A DNA stretch of 60,000 nt from Lama glama (taxonomy: Eukaryota). The stretch is from contig CM052818.1 of the NCBI GenBank assembly GCA_028534125.1, positions 38,504,001-38,564,000 of the forward strand, given 5' to 3'. The notes under the pieces were generated by a model, which was not told the DNA's origin, made no database searches, and was given only the letters and a program-made list of their open reading frames with translations. Of this stretch, positions 50,271 to 60,000 are shown in pieces. The position numbers were made by a program, and so were the translations under genes. The stretch's first letter is position 1. Every line of letters starts with the position of its first letter.

Positions 50271-51173
50271 GTGAGTCCCATCTAAGGGGCCACACGCCCC
50301 AAGAGCAAGTAGAGAATATGGGCAGATAAATTTAAGTCAGTACAAAGCGTTAGCTTGGGGCTTTCCCGAACTAGGTAAAACACAAGCAGTGAGCAAACTG
50401 AACTTCTTTTGTGGGGAACTATTGTCCAGAAAGTATTGGGAGTCTTTTATTGATTTTATTAGATGCACACATGACCTCATATTAGCACTATTATTTTATT
50501 ACATTTGGGCAAACCTAGAAAGATGAGGATTATGCCTCATCACCCAAATCATGGACATACTCTGCCATATGCTGAGTACAATTTTCAGATCATGGTTTCT
50601 GGAGTATTGGAAGCTTAAAAATTCTCCTCCACAATAGTTAGGTGAGATATGCCAAATTTCTCTCATGTACTTCATAAGCTCTGCCAGGGTCGCATTAACG
50701 ATGCTTTAGGAGAGGAGAAGAAATAATCAGGTTCTATTCCTGAAGTTTGTCATAGGCTTGGAGGATGGATGGCTTGTGATACTGATCTTCTAAGTCTCTG
50801 CTACATGGGCTCTGGACTTTTTTCTTTTTTTGCTACTTCTCCTTTCTCTAAATTAGTCTTTTCCTGTGTCTTTCTTCCCTTCTCTTCCCCCTTCTCTTCC
50901 TCCTTTTCTAATCTTCAGTCCTAGAAAGGCCTTAATGTTAAACTCTGTAAGTGCTTTGCATAATGTTATCCTTTCTGGGGCATATGTTAAAGAGGAATTA
51001 ACAAGAGTGGATTTGCTGAACCATAAGACAAACACATGAAAGATAAATCCCCATCAGGATATGAATGATCCTCTGGTCTTTACTTTTAACTGCTAATGAA
51101 GTTTTAGTGTAGTCTATTATGTAATCAAGATAATTGAAAATATGTTCTTTTCATCCTTGTTTGCTGGCTTTAG

Positions 51174-52799
51174 TCCTCTCCAGATAAAAGATTCAACATA
51201 TTCAAAATTGAGATGAGGGATGAGGAATCAGATGAGGAATTTCAGATCAAAGTTAACTGGGAAGAAGCAGCAGTGTCCGAATTGCTAAGCTCTCTCAAGG
51301 ACAGTGTGCCCAAGGCCACAGGGGCCTTTTATGACTATGTCAACAAGTACCACCGGGAGTACACAGGACTTGATCTGAAAGATGCTTCTTTAAAACTGAG
51401 AAGAAGTTTGCAGAGCAGCGCTGATCAGGCCTATCAAGAGGCTGTGAGGCAGACAGATGAGGTGGACATGAGGCTCCAAAGGCTAGCCAGAGGCACCACT
51501 AAAACCTACCAGCAGTGGAAGGACAAGGCCCAGAGTCTGTACCAGGAACTGTTGGCTCAGGAGGACCAAGGTGACTTCCAGAGACTCCAGAATAGGGTGT
51601 TTGACAGCTTAATAGGAGTTGCTCAGGAATCTAATGTGACAGTCAAGCGTGTGACTGACTCATTCATTGATTTCCTGAAGTTCATCAGATTCCAGCTCCC
51701 AGGAAGAGCTGAGGACTACACTGGAGATGAACTGTGCAGTATGGTCATCATGGAAGTAGGAAAGGTACTGTCCCAGGTACATTCAAAAATCCAGAGTGGG
51801 TTAGAAATACTGTTTTCCTATTTCCAAGACCTGATGCAGAAATCTGAATTAATCAAGGACCAAAAGATTACATTTCCTTTTGGTTCAATGATTTATCAAC
51901 TGATAGATTTAATCTCGGAGTATGGGAAGCTGCTGAAACTTTTATCAGAAGAGGTCCAAAAGGCATTTAGTGACCTCCAGTCTGTCAAGATTACAGAGCT
52001 GCTAAGTGATCTTCAGAGATTTTTACAAAGCATTTTCCAAGAGATAGAAGAAGAACTTCAACACTTAAAGGAGAAATTTCCTTATCTCATTAATGATACC
52101 CAAGACAAGACCAACACAACCTTCAACATACATATTCCATTTGCTTTTAGACTCCTGAAAGAATACCCAGACCTTAACTTTGGTGATTTTAATGAACTTG
52201 TTCAAAACACACTTCAGGAAGCTTTTCAAGAGTTACAGCAGCTTCATCAGTACATAAAGGATCTTCGCAAAGAATATTTTGATCCAAGTATGGTTGGCTG
52301 GACAGTGAAATATTATGAACTTGAAGAAAAGATTATCAGCCTGATCAAGTACCTAGTAGGTGTCCTTAAGGATTTGCATTCCATATGCACTGTCGGTGCT
52401 GCTCAGCTCTCACGTCAAGTTGAGCGATTTGTGCAGGAAGATATCCAGGAACATCTTAGCATCCTTGCCGATGCAGATGGAAAAGGGAAAGAGAAGATTG
52501 CAGAGCTTTCTACTAGTGCTCAGGAAATAATTAAAAGCTGGGCTGTTGCAATGAAGGAAATCATTTCTGATTACCACCAGCAGTTCACATATAAACTACA
52601 GAATTTTTCAGACTACCTCTCTGATTACTATGAAAAATTCATTGCTGAGTCTAAAAGATTGATTGACCTGTCCATTCAAAAATACCACGTGTTTCTGAGA
52701 TGTATCATGGATTTACTAAAAAAGCTACAATCGGCCACAGAAGATAACATAAGCCCCTACATAAAGGTTGCTCCAGGAGGATTTACTATCACCTTCTAA
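51174..52799 (+). CDS. APOB: Exon 29 coding part (541 aa + TAA), alpha3 domain
   Basis: tttag|TCCTCTCCAGAT (SSPDK...); ends KVAPGGFTITF-stop. Confidence 0.97.
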   Translation, partial: SSPDKRFNIFKIEMRDEESDEEFQIKVNWEEAAVSELLSSLKDSVPKATGAFYDYVNKYHREYTGLDLKDASLKLRRSLQSSADQAYQEAVRQTDEVDMRLQRLARGTTKTYQQWKDKAQSLYQELLAQEDQGDFQRLQNRVFDSLIGVAQESNVTVKRVTDSFIDFLKFIRFQLPGRAEDYTGDELCSMVIMEVGKVLSQVHSKIQSGLEILFSYFQDLMQKSELIKDQKITFPFGSMIYQLIDLISEYGKLLKLLSEEVQKAFSDLQSVKITELLSDLQRFLQSIFQEIEEELQHLKEKFPYLINDTQDKTNTTFNIHIPFAFRLLKEYPDLNFGDFNELVQNTLQEAFQELQQLHQYIKDLRKEYFDPSMVGWTVKYYELEEKIISLIKYLVGVLKDLHSICTVGAAQLSRQVERFVQEDIQEHLSILADADGKGKEKIAELSTSAQEIIKSWAVAMKEIISDYHQQFTYKLQNFSDYLSDYYEKFIAESKRLIDLSIQKYHVFLRCIMDLLKKLQSATEDNISPYIKVAPGGFTITF

Positions 52800-53047
52800 T
52801 TTTTTATAGCAATTCTCATTTATTCTTCTGCTCCTATTAAGTTTTCACACGGTAGGGGAAAAATTCAAACTGTATGTATTAATATAACCATACAGCAAGC
52901 CAGCCCTGTATCAGAAGCACATATGAACTGAACCTGCTGGCATCAGAGCTCTGGAGGGCTCTGGACTCTGGGAAATGACATTTTTTTGCAAGTTAAAGAA
53001 AAACCAACGTCTGAGTTATTTTGCTAAACTTCGGGAGAGTGAGAACA

Positions 53048-53057
53048 AATAAATAAA
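53048..53057 (+). terminator. Poly(A) signal, two overlapping AATAAA hexamers; cleavage about 53076
   Basis: caAATAAATAAAttc about 250 nt after the stop codon. Confidence 0.88.
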
Positions 53058-54649
53058 TTCTTTATGGTGTATCATACCACTCAGTGTGACTCATTCATAT
53101 TGAAAGATAGCAAAATGAGAGTATTTATTCAAAAGTCTGACATTTCAAAACCTCTAGAGGAACACACAGTCTTTTGATAGAGTAAATGGGGAAAGGGAGA
53201 GTTTGAGGAGGGGAAATATTTTGCCACCTGAAAAAAAGTAACTGATCTCAGGGATTATATTTGCCAAGTGAGAATGGAAAACTGTTTGCAAGGCTTTCAC
53301 AGAATTTGATCCACCGGAGCATCTCATTTTATGCCACCAGTTCTTCCTCACCAACCAGTCTGCCTTTGCCAGGCAGGGTTCTCCGCTAGGCTGCGAGATA
53401 AACCAATAAGACTTTTATTTCACTCACCTGCCAAGAGTGAAGAAGGAATGACTGAGAAGTCCTAGCCCCACAGGCTTCATGGCAGAAGGGATCCCAGAAG
53501 GCTCCCTGCAGCTCAGCCAGAATCCATTCAAGGCAAAGGAGGTAAGGGTGGGAGAGGAGGCGTGGGACGTATGTTCCTAACGTTTCTGGGACCAAGCATG
53601 CATTTATGCTCTTGAATCTTTATTTCTCCAAACTTAATGTGCAACCATCCTAAGTGTAATCAAAACCCAAAGGTTTCCCCTGCCATACCCACTCACCTCA
53701 AATTCTGATTTTAAACACTGGCAACACCCAGTCAGAACATCCAAGATGCGCTCTGGTAAGGGAAGGCTGCCAAGAAGCTGTGCAGCCCAGCTGTCACTAA
53801 TACCATCGGGAAGTTAGCTTTCCCACTTTGATATCAGTGGCACTGGAGGACAAAGGAGGGTTGTAACCTTTGGGGAATAGGAAATTGGAGATCCACCCAC
53901 CCAAGTCCTACATGAGGCCTGTTTTGGAAAAGGCCCCTTTTATCCAAAAATACCTTCAACCACCACCTTTCTTTCATAAGGCCTTCACATTTCCTTGATG
54001 ACGTCCACTCAAATGTACAAGCATTACCCAGAAAGAAAACACATTAGCCTGTTGCTACCTTAGCAGGATTCTTCTGTCTGGAACTGAGGAGCCAGAAAGA
54101 GTCATAAGGAGGTGGAATACATGGTAGTGTATGGATCTGGTACTCAAGAGTCTTTTAGCAGATGGATGGATGGATAGTTGAGTGAATGAATGAGTAAATG
54201 AAGGGTCACATCTGAGAGTGAGAGAAAGGGGACAGTGAGGCCCAGGTCCCAGAGCATCACATGAGCAATCCCAGGCATAGCTCTACGAGACTCCCTGATG
54301 AGCTGTGAGCAGCAAGAATCTACTGAGTGTTCACACTGAAAGGAGGCCTGGAGTTATGGCTTAATTTGGAGGGAAAGGAGAAGTCCAAGATTCCTGGTGC
54401 TCATGTGATGATCAACTTGTGTCTGGGGCATGAGAAGAGGAAAAAAGTAGATACAAATTGAAAATGGTCACATAATCACCCAGTTCCCTGACTGACATCC
54501 CTTATGTGAGGTGCCCCTGGCTGGCCTAGAATATCTTCATCATGCTCAATAAAGTTAGAAGGGATTCTCGGGAGGACTTGGACTTTGCTTGCCCTCCTCC
54601 TTGGTCTTCCCTGCATATCAGGATGCTTCTCTGGGTTCCATTAATGGCT

Positions 54650-54840
54650 ACATTCCCTACTATCTTGTTGCTTTGGGCAAGTTATTTTCCCCCTGTGAGC
54701 TTCAGTTTTCTTATCTACAAAATGAGGATAATCTCTCTCCTGCCTGCCTTGAAAGGCTATTCATGAAAATCAGTTGAAATAATGCATATGAAAGTTTTAT
54801 AACCTTTAATGTTGTATAGAAACAAAGTGCCATTATTATT
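54650..54840 (+). mobile_element. MIR SINE
   Basis: ttgggcaagttatt ... cagttttcttatctacaaaatgaggataat. Confidence 0.75.
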
Positions 54841-55107
54841 AGATTATTATTTAAATGAGTTAACGGCAAGGAGAGAGAATGGAGGCAAGGAGACTGAGCC
54901 AGTTTAGTGAATATTTATTAGGTGCTTCTATGGGCTAAGCCCAAAGGCTCTACAGAGGAGACAAAGTTCAGTAAGATGCAGTTCCTGGATGTCTGTCTGT
55001 CCAACTGTTTATCAGAAGTGGAATGTGTTGTCTCATGATGAGTATAAACAAAGTACTATGAGAGTTTATAACAGGAAAGGATGAGAATCAAGAAGTTTTC
55101 ATGGAGA

Positions 55108-55178
55108 TGACTGGGACATTGTGCTGTACACCAGAAACTGACACATTGTAACTGACTGTACTTCAATAAAAATTTTTA
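55108..55178 (+). mobile_element. 71-bp L1 3' tip with perfect 15-bp TSD, inside an L2 remnant
   Basis: aagttttcatggaga at 55093-55107 and 55179-55193. Confidence 0.88.
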
Positions 55179-57660
55179 AAGTTTTCATGGAGAAAGTTTA
55201 AATGGATAAGGGAGAAAGGGCATTGCAGAAGAAGAGCGTCAGCAAAGAAAGATAGGTTCAAAGCGACCAGAGCACAAGAAAAGTCGAGGTGAGACAGGAC
55301 TGGAAAAGCAAGTTGCCATTATTGCAGAGGTCCTGAAAGCTGGAACGAAAGGGTGATACTCTCTTTGCTGGAGAGGGCATCCAATGAAGATTTTTGAGCA
55401 GGAGGGTGTTTTGATTTGTGATTTAAGAAAACTGATATGGCAGCTTCTGCAGGATGAATTTGTAGTGGGATGAATCTGGATATGAGAATATGCCAAGGTC
55501 CAAGTAAAAGATGCTAAGCACCCCAGCCAAGTCATTGATGTTGGGAGTGGTGAGGAGGAGTTGGTTACAAGAAGCATCATGAAGGCATAATTGACAGGGC
55601 TGGAGGGCTGATGGCTTAGAACAGAAGGGATGGGTGCCAAAGCTATTAGAAGAGCTGGAGCTGCCTTGGTAATTCACTGGAGTGGAAAATTGGAGAGGTT
55701 GCTGGAGTAACCCAAAGAACAAGGAAGAAGAATGAGTAAAGCCGACTTCAGAGTTATGAAATTTTGAACCTGCATAACTTGAAGACCTATCGGGCATCAG
55801 TGTGTTGGGGGGACATTATTAATATAAGGCATGGACTCATAGACAGTCACAGCTGGAAAAGGACCATGCAATCACACGGGGAATTTCAAATTACAGTGCT
55901 GTGTCCAAGCAGAAATATCTAGCAGGCTATTAAATTGGAGATGTGGGCTAGAGAAAAAATAGCCACAAGAATAGGGACAAAGGAGAATTTTAACCAATTG
56001 TATTGACTTTATGTCCTTATACATATCTTTAGGAACATAACAAGAAAACACAGTTTTTCCTCTTCTACAATTAATTGGCCTATTGACCTGAGAGTGAGCC
56101 AACATGTACACGTCCTAAGGACATCCTGTGAGATGATGTGAAAGTACTACTATAAACACAGATATTGCTCCCGTAAAACAAATATCCAAACTTTAAAACC
56201 AAAGAAGTGAAATAATGGTGCCCAGCCCAGGTCCTTGGATCTTTGGAAGCGTGAGCAAGCTGTGTGCTTTGGTTTGACTCCCAGGTCCTGCCTTAGACTA
56301 GTGATGCTGTCCACAGAATAAACCTTACAAGGTAAGTGAGTCCACGAGAGTGGGCACCACCAGGTGCATCTGGAAGAGCTCCCTCCATTCTCTTCACTCT
56401 TCACTTGAAGGCTGGTCATTTGAGGAACCCATCTGCTCTTTATTGGTGAGATGAGCAAAGCCCCCTCTGATTTCTTATTCTAGGTCCCTCTTCTGGCTCT
56501 AATTTATGACTTAGTCCCCATTCAGTCAGAGAAGGGGCCAAGCTGGCCTTCAAATGGGGCCTGTAACATGGGAGCCAGAGTAGACAAACAGATGTTCCCT
56601 CTAAAAGTGTCTAATAACCAGAGATAAATGTGCAGAAACAGACCCTACCTCTTAGCTCATCTCCTTGTCTTGCTGTTTCACATTAAGAGGTCAGCTGCAA
56701 CTCCCTTCAAGCACTCCATTTGTTGGTGGGATGGTTGGGTGGTCACCAACAAATAACATTCCAGGGCCTCATAAAAGTTGGTGGAGTAGGTACACATGTT
56801 TCTAGGAGGAGAGGGTCCTGGCCTTCTCCCCACCATAGAAACTGGCTTACACCTCCTTTGAGTCTGAGCGGTGCTCGGGTCAGTGATACCCAGGGCACAA
56901 GGCACTAAGTTATGACCCTTGAGTAAATTTCACCCCCCAACTAGCACCACCAAGGCCCAGTTTCAAGTGAAAGGGACAACTCAGGCCTTGGAGGTGGCCT
57001 GGTCTGTGAACTGAAGACTCGTGTCCCCACCCTTGTTTCTAAGCTCTGGTGGCCATTCCATGCTGCATGAGTACCTGGCCACACGGAGCAGAGGCATCCA
57101 TAGTTTAGATTCTAGGCTAGAGAGTAGCCTGAGGAAAGGGCAGCATGGTCAACAACCCAGCCCCCCAGTTCTCCCTGGCTCCTCAGGTGAACTCTCCACT
57201 CCTTTCTTCTCCTCCATCAAGCGGGTCCCACTTATGCTGGCACGCAGTTCCCTATAGAGCAATGAGGCCCAACACAGCTCTGGGAATCTTGTAGCAGGAC
57301 TGGGCTAGGTTGGTTGGAGCCAGGGTGATTAGAACACTCCTGGAATTACATGATGCATTGGAAGTTCACAGAAAGGACAGTAGAAAAGAGGGCAGAGTAC
57401 TGCCTGTAATTCTGGTGAGCTGAGGTCAGGAAGCCTGGGGCGGCCACTATTTCCCACTTCTCAAAGAAGGCCTAAGTTCTGGGGCCAAATTCAGGCTTCA
57501 CCATTCATGATTTATGTAATCTCAGGAAGGTTACTTGATTTTTCTAGTTTCGTCTTTAAAATGGGAATCACAAAAGAAGAACAGATTGAAGCACTCTGAA
57601 CAGGAACAGAGAGGGGTTCCCTCTCACATTACGGGGTTGTAATCAAGATAAAATAAAATC

Positions 57661-57751
57661 CTCTTCTTTTCCATTTTAGGTTATAACACAACATTATAAA
57701 TCAACTATACTTCAATTTTTTTAAAATACCCACACAGCCCCCACCCCCAAA
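57661..57751 (+). mobile_element. Tiny 5'-inverted L1 insertion within a MIR
   Basis: 14/16 TSD; two halves match the 35161-35275 L1 end in opposite orientations. Confidence 0.65.
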
Positions 57752-58057
57752 AGGATAAAATGAAATCATGGATGTAGTACCTTGCACACAGAGTGGATAA
57801 ACTGATTACATCATACTGATAGAAGTTAAAAGGAATGAAGTATAATTACAATTAACACACAATTATTTAGAGAAATTTTACAAACATAAATGGCGTAAGA
57901 AGGTAAGTCCCAGATTAAACACAGCATGGTACCCTTTTAATAGAGTTACAATCAACTAAAATCAAACAATTTACTTTCTGGAATGATAGTTTTAAAGAAA
58001 AGGAATGATAAACTCAGGATCCTGACTTGGTTACATCTGGTGGAGGGAAAGGATGGT

Positions 58058-58553
58058 TGTGTTAGACTTTTCCAAAGAAACAGAACCAATAGGATATATA
58101 TAGAAAGAGAGAGAACCAGAGATTTATTATACCAATTATCTAGAAAATAGAGGCCAGGAAGTCCCACGATCTACCATTTGCAACCTGGAGAACCAGGAAA
58201 GACTTTGGTGTCTGAGTCTGAAGGCCTGAGAATCTGGGGGCCAGTGGTGTAAGCCCTGGTCAGAGTGGGAAGGCCCAAGAAACAGGAATACTATTGTCCA
58301 AGGGCAGGGGAAGATGGATGTCCCAGCTCAAGGAGAGAGCAATTCACCCTTCCTCTGCCTTTTGTTCTGTTCAGGCCTCAGGAGATTGGATGGTGCCCAC
58401 TTGCACTGGTGAGGGCCACCTGTTTAACTCAGTTGACCGATTCAAATGCTAATCTCTTCTGGAAACACTCACAGACACACCCAGAAATAATGTTTACCAG
58501 CTACTGGGTATCCCTTAGCTCAGTCAAGTTGACACATAGAATTAACCATCACA
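58058..58553 (-). mobile_element. MLT2 (ERVL) solo LTR
   Basis: Ends gtcaagttgacacatagaattaaccatcaca; TSD atggt/atggg. Confidence 0.9.
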
Positions 58554-58824
58554 ATGGGCGAGGGCACACAGGAAGATGTGAGTGTTGTCATGCTTTCACT
58601 CTCATGCTGGGTGATAAGTCTGAGAGCATTTATTATGTTATTAATTTACTTAAGTATATTATTTTTATTATATAAAAAAAGTAAAAAGAGAAAACAAAAA
58701 CCTTCAAGTGCCTGGGACATATTAAGTACTTAATTTAATTTGTGATTCCCTTTCTGTCTTTATGGCATTAACCTGGGAATTTGGGATGGACAACCCCTCA
58801 CTTTTCATTTTAAAAGAATTTTTA

Positions 58825-58951
58825 TCGAATTTTTTGGGGGAGGATAGTTAGGTTTATTTTATTTTATTTTTTTAATGGCAGTACTGGGGATTGAACCTAG
58901 GACCTCGTGCATGCCAAGCACATGCTCTACCACTGAACTATACCCTCCTCC
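58825..58951 (-). mobile_element. tRNA-derived camelid SINE (vic-1-like)
   Basis: ctggggattgaacctaggacctcgtgcatgccaagcacatgctctaccactgaactataccctcc; paralogous to 30815-30977. Confidence 0.85.
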
Positions 58952-60000
58952 TTCTTATCAAAAGGAAATTATATCTTCACCAGCTATTCAATAAGCCCCT
59001 TCTCTTGGCTAGGAACTCTCCTAAGCATTCAGGGCATAGAAATGAACAAGGCTTTGCAGTGGGATGCTAGGAGAGGCCCAGATGAGAAGGATTCACAGGG
59101 ACCCTAGGGTCCCAGGGGGAAGTAGGGGCAGGGAGGAGAGAGAGTAGCCGTGGGGTCCTGGGGAAGTCACTTCACCTCTCAGTCTTCAGTTTCTTCATCA
59201 GCAAGATGGGAACACAACAGTGATGAACTCCAGAGGGGCCAATCTAGTCTGTGTCCTTCTGCACTATCAAACCTTTCTCATCTCCAGGACTGGTTCTTTA
59301 CATTCTCTCAGGAAAATCCTTCAAGGCCCAGCAAAAATGGCCCTTAGTCCTTGACTAAGGACTTCTCTGGTCATCTCTGACGCACACCCAGGCCATGTGC
59401 TTGCACTGTTCCTCTTCCTCACTGACCCATGTCTCTACCCCAGACCAAACTCTGTGATCAGCCAGGCTACTGCAATGGGCTTCTGCTCAGACCTTGTCAG
59501 TTTTCTTCTATGTTCCACCTTAAGCCTGCGTAGTTTAAGAGCCCAGCCTCTTTTGAGGCTCCCCTGAGTTTGCCAAAACAATGATTGCCTTCTATGAACT
59601 CCTCTGAGACAACCCAGACAGCATTGCTGTGGGCTGTTTGTTGACTGACTGACCATTGCATTGAAGTGGTACTTACAGGCTTTTTCTCTCATAAAAGGTT
59701 TTGGGGTGGAAGCAGGAAGGGACTGAAAATCCTTGAGACTGATATCAGCCCTTTGGAGAGAGACTATCCATGTCCTCCGAGGAGGCTGAGCTGCTGGGGG
59801 TGCTCAGGGTGGTGGGGGCGTGAAGCGTCTCCCGTCTTTCCTCCACAAGCCTGTCCCAGCCCTGGAACTGCCTCCGCCCACCCTCTAGAACTAGCCTCCT
59901 CCCTCCTAACTCCCGACCCCCTTCCAGCCTGCCTGCCGCCTTCCCAGCCTCCGCCCAGCCACCTCTACTTCCCTTCCCCCAAGATGACTGGGTGTGTATT

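Larger units (their letters stand above)
14336..53076 (+). other. APOB: APOB gene, 29 exons (apolipoprotein B-100/B-48); transcript limits approximate
   Basis: 29 exons with consistent phases; spliced CDS 13704 nt = 4567 aa; unmistakable ApoB motifs ([28 protein letters not shown]). TSS and cleavage site inferred from similarity to human ends (ATTCCC; gtgtatcata). Confidence 0.98.

Noticed and set aside
54160..54202. (GGAT)n/(GAAT)n tract; also low-complexity CT tracts at 50860-50910 and 59870-59985
   Set aside because: Ordinary simple repeats
58265..58675. 136-aa ORF downstream of the gene
   Set aside because: Mostly within the MLT2 LTR
1..60000. CRISPR arrays, operons, rRNA or other prokaryotic-type systems; a second protein-coding gene
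   Set aside because: Mammalian locus; no regularly spaced repeat arrays and no other supportable exon set seen

Overview
Mammalian genomic DNA, almost certainly camelid (two vic-1-like tRNA-derived SINEs and young L1 3' ends), containing the complete apolipoprotein B gene (APOB) on the + strand. I traced all 29 coding exons from ATG 14450 to TAA 52797-52799. They total 13704 nt (4567 aa including a 22-aa signal peptide) with consistent intron phases, and one intron (20) is GC-AG. The known regulatory system is intact: HNF4/C/EBP/FOXA promoter, intron-2 HNF1 enhancer, and the APOBEC1 C-to-U editing cassette (C44224, mature Gln2153, perfect mooring sequence) that yields ApoB-48. Flanks and introns hold ordinary repeats (L1, L2, MIR, MLT1/MLT2, MER). 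I found no wholly new biological system. The best unexplained structures are a degenerate copy of the intron 12/exon 13 junction inside intron 9, a duplicated enhancer-like module upstream, apparent loss of the secondary editing site, and a 96-nt in-frame stop-free intron 27. Comparisons with human APOB are from memory and need alignment to confirm.
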